The notes beneath the pieces are model-generated. The model worked only from the letters and a program-made list of their open reading frames with translations. It made no database searches and was not told the origin of the DNA. Of a stretch of DNA of 64,000 nucleotides, positions 38,290 through 50,508 are shown one piece after another; within the stretch, counting starts at the first letter, position 1, and every line of letters begins with the position of its first letter. The DNA is from Felis catus. Its lineage: Eukaryota. Location of the stretch: the NCBI RefSeq assembly GCF_018350175.1, contig NC_058368.1:46564001-46628000 (forward strand). Reading direction: 5' to 3'. The position numbers and the translations under genes are program-made.

Positions 38290-38660
38290 CATTCATTTAA
38301 CAAACAGTAATTGATTTCTTTCAAAGCATCAGGTGCTGTTTTCAGCACTAAATATCCAGTAGTGAAAGAACAAAGCCCCTGTTCAGAAGATTTCATATTG
38401 CAATGAGGAGAAAACAAAACTAAGTAAACAAATCAGATAATTCCTGATGTTGCTAAGGGCTAAAACAACAACAACATCACATAATGTAGCAAAGCGTGGG
38501 TGTCTGGGTGCGAGATGTGGGCAACATTAGTTAGGATGAACCAGAGCTGGCTCAGTGTCATGTAACTGACACCTAATGGGGAAGACTGAAGTTAGTCACA
38601 GGAAGAAATCACAGGGTGGAATTTGTGTGGAAGAAAGAAATGCCAGGAAGACCAGTGCAT
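38290..38660 (-). mobile_element. L2 3' end
   Basis: cattcatttaacaaac...caggtgctgttttcagcact...aacaaagcccctg is the reverse L2 tail. Confidence 0.65.
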
Positions 38661-40285
38661 CTACAGCACTGTCAGAGTGGTATGTGGGCCAGCCAACGGG
38701 TGTCAAGGAAGCCCCAGTACCTGTCACCATGCCTTTACCCTACACCAGCCAAGAAGAGGCATGCTTTTCTTCACACGGTCTGTCGCACCACCCTCCTGCA
38801 ACTGAGCAGAGGCAACTGCCCACGAGATGACCCTTTCTAATCCCCAAATCTGCCACAAAATCTAGCTGAAGCCGTGGTAGAATGCATGGATTCTATTCCA
38901 AGTGCTAAGGAATGCATTAGAGGTTTTGAGGTTTTAATTTTTAAGTTTCATATCATATTCCCTGAAAGTTTTTGCTTTGAACTAATGCATCAAACCATGG
39001 GTAAAAAGCAGAGCACAGTGTATTCCAAATTAAAATACCAATATATCCTTTTGTATATGCAAATCAATTAAAATCACAAGTAGAGGAGGACATAATTATA
39101 AATCCATACTCCAATGCAGAAAGAGCATTAGAAGTGTTCTTTTGTAATACATCATTTTCCTAGTTGGATTCCTATGAAGAAAGGATAGGATTATCAACTG
39201 TCCTCTAAAAACTGTTCTAAAGAGTGGCAGGGCAACTATCTTCAAATGCAACAACCAAAAGAGAGAGAAAAATGGAAGGAGAAAGTGTTTTCATGTTTCT
39301 CTTCTGACCATCTCACCACACCATCAATCACGTCTCAAATGAAAAAACAAACAAACAAACAAACCTCCAAAGTATGAAACTTGCCAATCTAACACCAGAG
39401 TTCTAGACTATAACACAGCTCCCTAAGAACCTGATAGCCCATAGCTGTACTTCAAAGTGGTCAAATCTGCCTCTTCATGAAGACACAGTCTAAGAAAGCC
39501 AGGACCAACTCTGGAAAAGTTCATAAGCAGACAGAGTAGAAGATGTACCCTACAGACTACTAATCAAACTGGCCCCATTCGAGAGAGTTCAACCACTTCT
39601 CCAATTTGTCACCAGGGCCTCAATAGACTAATCCTTTTACATGGTATTTAGCTCCTTTTAGCTGATTTAGTGTTAATCTTTTTTTTTTCCACTTTACTAG
39701 GATTAAAAAATGACTTACCCTATCCACATACTATATAGTAACATGTTATTTTAACTATCTAGTAACAAAGAGCTTTTTCCCACATATGTAGGTATATCAT
39801 ATATAGTGTATAAACTTCTGTGAGGTTTGTTATGGGTATATTTTGAAACTCTAAAATTTTTTCAACATTGCTAACATTAAAACTCCAAGTCAGGAAATTT
39901 TACACTACTTGACTATCAAAAGCTTATCTTAATATTAAGACTTGAATTACATAATTTTTATTTTTTATGCCAAACAATAAAACAGAAACAGTTACACGCG
40001 CCTAGACTACAACCCAACAAACCAAAAACCAGTCAAACAAACACAAACAACAAAAAACATGAGACAAAAGAAAGGAAAAGAAAAATATCTTAGAGAAATG
40101 ACTTTTTCAAATTCTGAAGCATGAATAATATTACATTAGAAGACTATGAGGAATAGAGAGGTTAATATAATTCATAAGCTATGATAACCAACATACCTAG
40201 AACTTATTTTTTCTAAAAGTTGAACAAACACCATACTCATAATCTCAAACAAAGGGATAGTCAGCGATGACTTAGAAAACCATAT

Positions 40286-40509
40286 GAGGTGCCTGGGTGG
40301 CTCAGTCGGTTAAGCGTCCTCTTTGGCTCAGGTCGTGATCTCACGGTCTGTGAGCTTGAGCCCCACATGGGGCTCTGGGCTGACAGCTCAGAGTCTGGAG
40401 CCTGTTTCAGATTCTGTGTCTCCCTCTCTCTCTGCCCCTCCCCTATTTGTGCTCTGTCTCCCTCTATCTCTCAAGAATAAATAAACATTAAAAAATTAAA
40501 AAAAAAAAA
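40286..40509 (+). mobile_element. Can-SINE (SINEC_Fc)
   Basis: Full head, body and A tail. Confidence 0.96.
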
Positions 40510-40890
40510 GAAAACAAAAGTGTTCATTGCTACATAATATAACCTCATATGAATGCATCAGGACTTAATTCACAAGTGCCCACTGTTGGCAGTTGGATTA
40601 TTTCAAATTTTTCACTGTGCTCCATGGCACTTTAATTCAGACTTCTAGATTGTTGTTATTTCCTTTGAACAGATTTCTAGAACTGAAATTTAGTTTGGAG
40701 AGCATAAATTTTTAAGACTTTCAGTGCTCATTTCCAAATAGCTTCATGAAAAGCTTATACATACAATAAGGATAAAATAGTTATATACAAACCTGTACAC
40801 ACAGGCATATGCTTTCATGTCTGTGTATTTCTGATGCAAGGAAGTATAATATTTGATGACGAGATACATAAAAATTGTAAGATGTTCCCT

Positions 40891-41262
40891 TCTTTTTAAT
40901 TTTTTCATTTTTATTTTTTTAATGTTTCAAGTTTTTATTTAAACTTTAGTTAGTTAACATATGGTGTAATATTAATTTCAGGAGAATTTAGTAACACATC
41001 ACTTATATGTAATACCCAGTGTTCATCACAAGTGCTCTCCTTAATACCCATCACTCATCTAGCACATTCCCCACTCAACTCCTCTCCAGCAACCCTCAGT
41101 TTTTCTATAGTTAACAGTCTCTATTATGGTTCGCCCCTCTCTCTTTTGTTTCCCCTTCTCCTATGTTCATCTGTTTTGTTTCTTAAATTCCACATATGGC
41201 TGAAATCATATGGTAATTGTCTTTCACTACCTGACTTACTTCGCTTAGCATAATACACCCTA
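40891..41262 (-). mobile_element. Carnivore L1 3'-end fragment, 5'-truncated
   Basis: T-rich tail, then tagttaacatatggtgtaatatt...cccagtgttcatcacaagtgctctccttaatacccatcac...aaattccacatatggctgaaatcatatgg. Confidence 0.88.
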
Positions 41263-41340
41263 TGCTATCAGTTTTTAAATTCTCAATATGTATTGCAAAA
41301 TGAAGCCTATCTTCAGTTTCTGGACTGCTTTATTATGGGA

Positions 41341-41559
41341 TTCTTTTTTGATGTTTATTCGAGAGAGAGAGAGGGAGAATGAGAGAGAATATGCGCACAT
41401 GGGGAAGGGGCAGAGACAGAGGAAGAGTGAGAGAATCACAAGCAGGCTCCATGTCTCGCATGGAGCCCTCCACGGGGTTAGATCCCCCAATCGTGAGATC
41501 ACTACCTGAGCTGAAATCAAGAGTCAGACGTGTAACTGACTAGGGCACCCAGGTGCCTC
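41341..41559 (-). mobile_element. Can-SINE
   Basis: Reverse body GAGATCACTACCTGAGCTGAAATCAAGAGTCAGACG...CACCCAGGTGCC. Confidence 0.94.
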
Positions 41560-41714
41560 TGGAATTCTTATATTAAGAAAAAGTACATGACGAGGATTAT
41601 GAAATTGTCTATTTATTCCAATAAATCTTCCTCTTTACCGCTGCCCTCTACTTCCATCCATCATTGCAAGAGTATGCATAGTTTTCTTCTCCATTCGGGT
41701 CATGAAGTCCCTCT

Positions 41715-41800
41715 GTATGCCTCAGGTAACCCATCTGTAAATTAAGGGAAGCTGGGTAGATGATTCTGAGACCCCTTCTGAGTTCGCTTATTCTGAGATT
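41715..41800 (+). mobile_element. MIR fragment
   Basis: tgcctcaggtaacccatctgtaaattaaggg...gggtagatgattctgagacccctt. Confidence 0.55.
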
Positions 41801-42125
41801 TTTAAAAATCACAGAGCCTGTTAATTTAATTTTTCCCCAAATTACGCTGCATTCTGTTTTCTGCATGATATGCAGTCTTCAATTTCTACTTGAAATGTTC
41901 CTGTAAGGTGAGAATGCTAATGAAACTTTATTTTTTAGATCTAAGCCCTTAAATGATAAGAGTGTTAACTATTTTTTAAGTTACAATAATATACAATTTT
42001 GGGGTTTGCTCCTCTCTCCAACCATCACCCTATGGTTTAAGGCATTCACTATGTTAACAGTCTCTTTACCACAGTATTATTTAATAAGTTCCTTTTGGTA
42101 ACTGCTGAACTAGCAGAGCATCATC

Positions 42126-42462
42126 AACATTTGACGCTTGAATAACACAGGACTGAACTGTCTGTGTCCACTTACACGTGATTTTTTTTTTAATAAATAC
42201 AGCATAGTACTGTAAGGATATTTTATCTTCCCTAAAAGCCTCTTAATGACATTTTTATTTTATCTAGCTTAATTTATTGTACAAATGTGGTGTATAACAC
42301 ATACAACATACAAAATACATGTTAATCAACTATGTTATCAGTAGGCTTCTGGTCAACAGGAGGCTACTAGTAGTTAAGTTTTGTGGGGGAGTCAAAACTT
42401 ATACATGGACTTCAACTGCCTGGGGGCTGGTGGCCCTACCCTCTGCTTTGTTCAAAATATAA
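42126..42462 (+). mobile_element. Tigger2a-type (TcMar-Tigger) non-autonomous DNA transposon
   Basis: ttgacgcttgaataacacaggactgaactg...tccacttacacg at one end, aggcttctggtcaacaggaggctactagtagttaagtttt...ttgttcaa at the other. Confidence 0.82.
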
Positions 42463-43284
42463 GCCAGCAAATTACACACATACACACACATTTCAATAAT
42501 ATCCAATCCTAAATATGCCCGGGATTCTTTTAGTATCATTTACTAAAAAATTCTATGTCAATACCATACATGGGAAAGAAATGCAACTTCCACTATATTT
42601 GTAGTGAACAGAGCCCCACAAAGATCAAGATGGCATCTTGCGGAATGTTCCATGGATTAATATTGTTACCTTTGAGACAGTGAAAGTAAAATGAAGTATG
42701 CCTTTATTTCCTTTAACTCCTTTCTAATGGATTTCTTAAATTAAGGAAAAGTGCACTTCTTTGCATTTGGTGCTCTGCGTGCATAACCCTTAGGTATCTT
42801 ATTGTATGTAACATGCTGCATGTTTCCAAAAAGTTGCACTGAATGTGGAAAGGCATTTACTGAGGAAAACTTTCCTTGATTAGAGTTCATTTTCCTAATA
42901 CACGGATTTCTAAAGACAGCTCTATTTTAGTTATGTAAAGCATGTTTAAAAAAAAAGTGGCATATGCTCAATCAAACCTGAATTTAAAATTAACCTGTCA
43001 CTTTAGACACTGCAATTTAAGAGGAAGGTTAGGATGAGTATTTTTTCAAAGCCTCCATGTTGGAATATAGTGGCTAACAGTCCAGTGGGGCCTTATGTGA
43101 TTTCAAAGGAAAGAAGGAAAGGATTAAAGGAAAAAAAATCAAAACATAACAAAATACCACCTCTTGTTTTCATTGTTAATAATTTAATAGTTCTGCAAAA
43201 AGAAAAGAAATCAAACCATAATCTGAAAATAATGTCATGCATAAAGAACAAAGGCAAATATATTTATGCATATTTTAATTTATA

Positions 43285-43336
43285 GCTTATAAAAAGTTAT
43301 AAAAATAGTATAAAATAGTTATAAAAATAGTTATTA
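43285..43336. repeat. Short tandem repeat (GTTATAAAAATA-like, about 4 copies)
   Basis: ttataaaaagttataaaaatagtataaaatagttataaaaatagttatt. Confidence 0.8.
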
Positions 43337-43701
43337 AAAAAATCCCAGAAAATGTATCTTCAGGGGACTCTGTCATGAACAATAAAATAGTGTCTCCCAA
43401 AAGGCATGTCTTGACTCATAATTTTCTGCAAAGCTGAGTATAATTAAATGAGTTTATAAATTTTTTTAATTGAAGAAATTATTTTTTCCTACATTGTACA
43501 TAAACATAATAAACAAAAGCGTTACTTTCCATAAAATGCCCTTTTTCTTTTTGTAATTACTAAAAAGGTAGGACTGTAAACCATGAAGGTAAGTAATCCC
43601 ATGTTTCCCATGTTTCCATTTTTAAAACTCCAGCAGAGTTATTCTACTTATTAAGAAAAGGAAAGGGTTAATGTGTTCAAGTCAGAAATTAAAAGGGTTT
43701 T

Positions 43702-43796
43702 GGGACACCTCGCTGGCTCAGTCAATGGAAAATGCGGCACTTGATCTCAGGGTCATGGGTTCGAGCCCCATGTTGGATGTAGAGATTTCTTTCAAA
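43702..43796 (+). mobile_element. Short tRNA-like Can-SINE (SINEC_c-like)
   Basis: A box TGGCTCAGTCAATGG, B box GGTTCGAGCCC, no CT body; TSD aaattaaaagggtt at 43686-43699 and 43797-43810. Confidence 0.92.
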
Positions 43797-44130
43797 AAAT
43801 TAAAAGGGTTCCATCTCTTAGCAAACCCTCCTGTTTCTACATGCATGCACATAATGATACTAAAAAGTGACAATGGAACTTTAGAGAGCTATTGAGCTAT
43901 GAATGAAAGGCCTCATAAAGAGGTGATTAACTTACTTAAACTTTTTCACATGCACTGAGAAATACATTTTCTTTTTTTTCTGGTATTATAATCAAAATCA
44001 TAATGTAATGAAATACTTTTGGATGTTAAGCCTGTATCTAAAGTAGGGAAGAGTTGAGAAAACCATTTAACATACATCACACAAACAGCCAAAGGTGGCA
44101 TTAAACTTAGAGCTATAAGAATGCAGCTGT

Positions 44131-44335
44131 AGGGCGCCTGGGTGGCTCAGTAGGTTAAGCATTGGACTCTTGATTTCAGCCCAGGTCATGATATCATGGT
44201 TCATGGGAGGGAGCCCTGCACACCCAGCTCTGCACTGATGGCAAGCAGCCTGCTTGGGATTCGCTCTCTCTGTCTCTCTCTCAAAATAAATAAAAAATAA
44301 ACTTGAAAAAAAGAAAAAAAGAAAGAAAGAAAGAG
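44131..44335 (+). mobile_element. Can-SINE
   Basis: Head, body and A/GAAA tail. Confidence 0.95.
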
Positions 44336-45388
44336 AGTGACTGCAGACGACACATATTTTATCTTAACTGTTTTAAAACGCATTCAAGTCAAGTCACCAT
44401 AAACTTGAAAAAAACACCGAAAAGCTTGCTATGCCAACCTGGCTGTAAAATCATCACTGTGCAAATCATACGAAAACGCTTCCCATAGGCCAACAAATGG
44501 AGGCTCAATGACAATAGTTTAAAAGGTTATTCATCTGGAGGCTTATGCTCTTTGCAAAAAAATGGTGCACAATTATTGAAATGCATTTTCCGCACTCGAA
44601 ATAGAAGGTGGGTTATTTATCGGGAATTATGACCCAAACTGTGTACATTCCATCATTTCATAGAATATCAGAGATAGCACTGATCTCCTTCCACATGGAA
44701 TAGCTCAAAATTCCTTCAACCTGTTGCCACATGCCATGTAATAAAAGAAGTAATAAAGTTACGTTATTTTAAATTAAAAAAAAAATAAGGAACGTAAGTT
44801 TCTAAAAGTCGGTTTGAGACTGTAACATATTTCTTTGGTGACACTGTTATTAAACAGAATGGTGTCATAAATACGGAGGTTCTTTCAGTAAAGTGTTGTC
44901 ATTAACTGTCTACCATGAGCCAAGATTTAAGCTCTCTATATTAAATCATTAAACTTTATCTGCAAAATGACCATGAACTTGTATGTTATTATTCCTGTTA
45001 TTATTATGAAGATAAGTCATGTGGGACTCAGAAAGGTATATATCTAAGATCCAATAATTACTCAGAAAATGAAGAAATAAAATGATACACCCGTTTCCCA
45101 CAAGTGGATGTACTGAAATTAGGGAAAGAGGAGAGGAACTTTTCCTGATACTCTGAACAAATAATCCATAGCTGAATGTTATGTAAACAGCACAAATATG
45201 CTAGGTAATGAGAAGTGAAGCTCTTAGCATGAGTGAGTGAGGGGTGAAGGAGTTAGGGGGTGATGGGGGAATGAAGAAGAGTGAGAAGCAGAGAGGAAAA
45301 GAAAAAATTGGGCAAGCTAAGCCATGGCAGACTTAATTTTTATTTAGTCTTTCCTAGGTCGGCAGCCAGAGTTCCTATTTTCAGCGAA

Positions 45389-45542
45389 ACTACAATTCCC
45401 CATTTGGTTTCTTTTACCAACTTTAGAAGATAACTCTTTCTAAGTCACCAGGGTATTATTTCAATTACTACTTCATCAAAAGAGTTAATATAATTTCTTA
45501 CTTACTCCCAGGGCGGAGTTTACACGATGGGGGAATTTGCCC
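45389..45542. promoter_or_regulatory. Promoter-type motifs: ACTACAATTCCC (ZNF143/THAP11-associated) and GGGCGGAGT (SP/KLF)
   Basis: Motifs at 45389-45400 and 45511-45519; no CpG island. Confidence 0.25.
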
Positions 45543-46074
45543 TAAAATGCCTGTGTTTTTTTCCTATCATGAAGTCAATAAAGTAGAAGTTCTGCCCAAA
45601 AACATTCATTTCCTTGAGCAATTTAAGGCTGAAGTTATCAGTCTTTTCTACATTTGTAAACATGAGATTTTTAATACCGTTGCTTAAACTTTATTTTAAT
45701 AAATGAAGGAAAACATGCTATTAAATTCAAAGAATGTTTCAAATAATCAAGTCTTTAAATTAAGGAGACTCTCACAGGAGGAAGAAAATGGGAAACGCAT
45801 CACTGATTGGCTTGGGAGGTAAGAGAGCTATTAATTTATTAATTTTCATGTCTTATCCAAATTGATGGATTAGAGGTTAAAAAATATTTAAAATGAAACA
45901 ATGAAAGGATGCCCCTAAATGTATCTTTAATTTGGTTCTTCACATTTAGTTTGTTCTTTTATTCACGAATTTAGCCTCCATATTTTACTTAAGGACATTA
46001 AAAAGATGAGACAAAGAGTTGATAATTTTGCATTATTTAACTCACCTCTGCATCCAAACTCCTATATGTTAGCT

Positions 46075-46585
46075 TATGGATTTTTTTTCACAGATTTATG
46101 GAGAAATAATGCACATACAATACATCGTCCATTTAAACTGTGCAATTCAATGATTTTAGTATATTTACAGAGCTGTGCCGCTATAACCACAATCTAATTG
46201 TATGTTAATCCCCCCACCAAAGAAACCCCTTACCCATTAGCAGTCACTCTCCATCCTTCCCTGCAGCCCCAGGCAACCACTAATCTACTTTAGGTCTCTA
46301 ATTTTGCCTATTCTGGTCAATTTCATACATGGAATCATATAGCATGAGGCCTTTTGTGACTGACTTCTTTCACTTAGCATAATGTTTTCAAGGTTCATCG
46401 ATATTGTAGCACGTATCCACTTCATTTCCTATTAATTTCGAATAATATCGTATTGTATGGATATGCCACATTTTATTTATCTGTTCACCAGTTGATGGAC
46501 ATCTGTGTCGTTTCCTTGTTTAGGCTATTATGAATAACACTACCATGAACACTCATGTACAAGTTTTTGTGTGGACACATATTTA
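46075..46585 (-). mobile_element. Old L1 (L1MB-like) 3' fragment
   Basis: ccatttaaactgtgcaattcaatgattttagtatatttacagag...ggcaaccactaatctacttt...cttttcacttagcataatgttttcaaggttcatc. Confidence 0.9.
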
Positions 46586-47054
46586 TACAATATGTTCCTG
46601 ATTGACACCTAAAAATAAAGACAACTTGCCTTCATATTTCAAAAATATTATCATGCACTATAATACTTTACCTCTGGGAAACAGCTGATATACGGAAAAG
46701 CTTCCTGAAGCCCCTCGTCTGGCATCTGGCAATAGCACACACAGCTGTATCTATGCACATGTAAAACTAAAGCGATGTAAAGAATTAACACTCTGCGTCC
46801 ACTGCCTTTGGCATATCAATCTAGGTTCCAAATTCTGCATCTTAAAAACTAGAAGCTAAAACATGTCTTGAAATGTCATTTGGACCGCTTCATATTAAAA
46901 ACACACACACACAACGTTTTTATAGCAACAAAATACTGTTGCATATAGTATTTACATATCAACAGAAAACACATTTGTCAGCTTCATCTTTTCCTTTCCT
47001 GACCTTTTTATCGTGTGTAGCATATTGTTTTTTAAGAGAAATAATAGTTTCAGC

Positions 47055-47106
47055 TTTTCTTTCTTTCTCTTTCTTTCTCTTTCTTTCTTTCTTTCTTTCT
47101 TTTTTT
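47055..47106. repeat. (TTTC)n microsatellite
   Basis: Direct reading. Confidence 0.9.
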
Positions 47107-47454
47107 ATGATTCTAAATTAAATCAGTCTAGAAAAAAATAAAAGACTCTTTAATCTGGAACTTTCCCCCATTTAACAAGATTTTCTCCTCCTCTACCTCA
47201 AAATGTTTGCAAGCTACACAAACTGCTTCTTATCTGCAAGCATGAGCTCATGCTGTCCTGACTGCCCAGAGGCTGTCCCCTCCCTTTGGTTCCCTTTTAA
47301 GACTTGTTCCAGTATCACTTTATCTAGGAACGTGTATCCTCTGCTTTCCTCCCATTCCCACACTTGTCCATGGCATCTCACTGAGATTTCTTTTGCCACC
47401 TTTCCTTTGGGGCCATAATAACCTGTAGCTGAGTGTGCATGAACTAAAATAAAA

Positions 47455-47660
47455 TGTGGTCAGAACACTAAACATGAGATCTGTTCTCTCAACAACTTTT
47501 AAGTGCACAATGTAGTATTATTAATTACAGTCACTATGTTGTATACAATATCTCTAGAATATATTCACGGTGCCTAAGTGAAACTTCATACTAAATTGTA
47601 TCCATTAAATATGTGTCATTTTATACTAATTATACCTCAACAAGTCTGTTAAAAAATAAA
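47455..47660 (+). mobile_element. Short L1 (L1MB/L1MA10-like) 3' end with 5' inversion
   Basis: Antisense 3'UTR piece at 47455-47591 joined to a sense terminus (aaattgtatccattaaatatgtg...aattatacctcaacaagtctgttaaaaaa); flanking repeat aaaataaa(a)tgtgg. Confidence 0.8.
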
Positions 47661-47689
47661 TGTGGCTTATTATATGCAATTGTGCCTAT

Positions 47690-47840
47690 CGTATCTGTGT
47701 ACCCACACATACAAAAGTGCAGTTGATACGCTTTATTTTTCCTACATGTTTATTACCTATGTTCCGTGGTAGATCCTTGAGGACACGAACTGGTACTTTA
47801 TTTACCATTTAATTGCCAGCATCTACAAAGTACCTGACAA
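47690..47840 (+). mobile_element. L2 3' fragment
   Basis: tccttgaggacacgaactggtactttatttaccatttaattgccagcatctacaaagtacctgaca. Confidence 0.5.
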
Positions 47841-49313
47841 GAAGACACTCACAGAATGCCTGCTGAAAACTGAGGCTGATTACTTGGATTCTCATTAAAA
47901 ATAGGTTGGAGGAGGGAAACATCGGAAGCCCTGAGCCTCAGTCTTCCAAATGCTTTCCAGTTAAATCTGTAGACAGTTCCCATAGGGCATTCAAATTCCA
48001 CTAGGGCAGTGATTAAAAACATCCAGGAGAATGGAATTATTATCACCATGATAATGGGTTCTAGTATGTTAAACTCACTTTTATAATCTAAATTTAAAAT
48101 GATTTTTCGCTGAAAATAAAGTAACAGAGTAGAAAAAAAAGTTGGCCAGTGCAGTCTTAGATTACAAACGCCAGAGCATCAATCCATTTTTCTGCCCCTA
48201 AACACAGCTTGAATACTTCCAACCTGCCAGTAGCGAAGGAGGTTATAATCATGGTTCGAGGGATGGAGGCAAGACTGGATCTGGAACCTACTGGCTTACA
48301 GCCCCTAAACTAGATCGTCTTCTGTTATAACACATTGGCTGCAGGAACCAAAAACTAATTACAGCACGGCCTTCATTAATTTGGAGAATACAACCTTTAA
48401 TGCCAAGCTGGCTAAAAACAAAATCAATGTGCAACTTAATTGGTAAGGCATCCTTGTGCACTAAGTTCCAAACTTGAGAAAACATTCATTCAACCAGGAA
48501 ATGATTCCATAATAGAAGAAGTGCCAGCAGGCCCAGGGACTGGAGCTGAGAGCAAGGAGTGATGACTACATCAAAGGGTTGTCACCGTACTACAGAAGAA
48601 TAAGGTCATTGATAGAACGATCCTTATTCAGTTTATAAAAACACTGGATTCACCTTCAGTGGGACACTGCCCTTTCAACATTTACAATTTAATTTATGTC
48701 ACTGATAATAAAACTTCAGGCTGTGCATGCCAGTTGAACTAGTGGGAACAGAATAGGGTAAAAGTCATAAATATATAGCTGATTAGGGTTTCCAACTTCC
48801 CTGATTCCAAGGGAATTTTAATCTAAGGATTAAATAGCAAATCCTTCATCAAGGCAACTGTGTCTGCTCTTTTTTTTTTTTTCTTGGAAACTCAAAACTG
48901 AATTTTTGAGCAACTGCATTGTGTAGTGGGGCAGTGACAAAGAACGGTGCCATTAACCTCGTGAAATTATTTAACAGCCACCCAAGTTTATTTGTAAATT
49001 TATAATCCTTCTGAAAGCTTTTGATTAACTAAGTAAAGAAGAGGTTCTGCAATATAGATACGTAAATTCAGGGGTCGTGTCAGGAACTGCCACAGGAGTT
49101 GGTTATCTTTACCGTCACGAAGCCAAAGCCATCTTTCCTCTCGTCTGCAAACAAAATGTATACATAGAGAAGACAGAGATACACTGAAAACAAGGGGGAA
49201 ATGTGTTTGCATTGTTTTCTCTGCTGAACTACTCTGATGAAGGCTTGAAGCCTGTGAATTGGGAAACCACAATCTTTCAAAAGTGGAAAGCTGCATCACA
49301 GAGTAACGGAAAG

Positions 49314-49430
49314 GCACGGACCAAGAGATAAGATCTGGGTTCTGCTTCTCTCTCTGAAGCTAACTGTCCTTGACCTTAAGCAAGTTCTTTAACTTCTATG
49401 AAACCTACGTTTCCTCCTTGATAAATGAAG
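49314..49430 (+). mobile_element. MIR fragment
   Basis: agatctgggttctg...tgaccttaagcaagttctttaacttctatgaaacctacgtttcctc. Confidence 0.7.
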
Positions 49431-50279
49431 CTAATTGTACCTGTGCCATCTACCTCTCAGTGGAATGCAGACTAGTAACAACAATGCTTTTAAACCTCTT
49501 TTTAAACTTTTCCACTTTTTAAACTGTAAGCCATAGTTTATAGCCTCAAACCATGTATTCAACCACAAAACACTGGCAAAAGCATAATATGCATCCACAA
49601 AGCAAATTATTTTAAAAAGATGCACTATTGAAATCCTCTTCATGTTCACAGAGATACGCTGTAAAGAAGCCTGGGGTTTTCTTCATGATGTGGTCCTCCT
49701 ACGGTTATGCCCTTCTCTCTTAGTCCGACAGCCCCTCTCTTGCAGGGGCTTGTCCCTGAGTAGCCCACTCTCCCTCACCCCTAACCTGCACTCCCCAGTA
49801 CCTAGGGCCTGCAGTCTTTTAGGATCTCTGGGGTCCCTTACTCCCCACTCTCTAAAGCTATTGCTGAGATGCTTGTACCCACCACCCCAATGCCACTCTT
49901 GCCCTCCATATCCACTTCCCATATAAACTTACTTAAGTCCAGTTCCCTGAAGACTAGGTTGTTGTGTACAGGACCGAACGCAATGATCTAATCTGACATT
50001 CAATCCATACTAATATACTAACGTAACAAGGTTAAAAGAGTTAATCTCCTCAGGAGCTTAAATAGTTCAACTTCACTTATGCCCTTTAAATAAAATTCCT
50101 TTATGGGATGGCGGGGGGCTGGAATTTTAGTAGTTGGGTGGTTGAGGTTATATTTTACATACGTGTTTTAATCAATAAAACTTCCATCTATACATCATAT
50201 AGGACAAATAGGTATTTAATTCACAAGTACCCTTGGTTTTGTGTTTGTGTACATATACTTTCAAAGTATAAGCAAAAGA

Positions 50280-50425
50280 GGGTTACCTGGGTGGCTCAGT
50301 TGGTGAAGCCACCAGCTGTTGGATTCAGCTCACATCGTGATCTCATGGTTTGTGAGTTCAAGCCTTGCGTCTGGCTCTACTCTGGCAGTGTGAGGCCTGC
50401 TTTGCATTCTCTCTCTGTCTTTCTC

Positions 50426-50476
<51 letters not shown>

Positions 50477-50508
50477 CCCCCCACCCTCAAAATAAATAAA
50501 CAAAACTT
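50280..50508 (+). mobile_element. Can-SINE with long (CT)n
   Basis: Degenerate TSD aaagtataagcaaaaga / aaagcataagtgaaaga. Confidence 0.95.

Noticed and set aside
39709..39725. Isolated consensus donor AGG|gtaagt on the minus strand (another near 1621)
   Set aside because: No matching acceptor within exon distance; such hexamers occur by chance.
43702..43796. tRNA gene
   Set aside because: Has A and B boxes but also a SINE tail and a 14-bp TSD; it is a tRNA-derived SINE.
45240..45270. G-quadruplex
   Set aside because: Only three tracts of three or more G plus a GG; weak.
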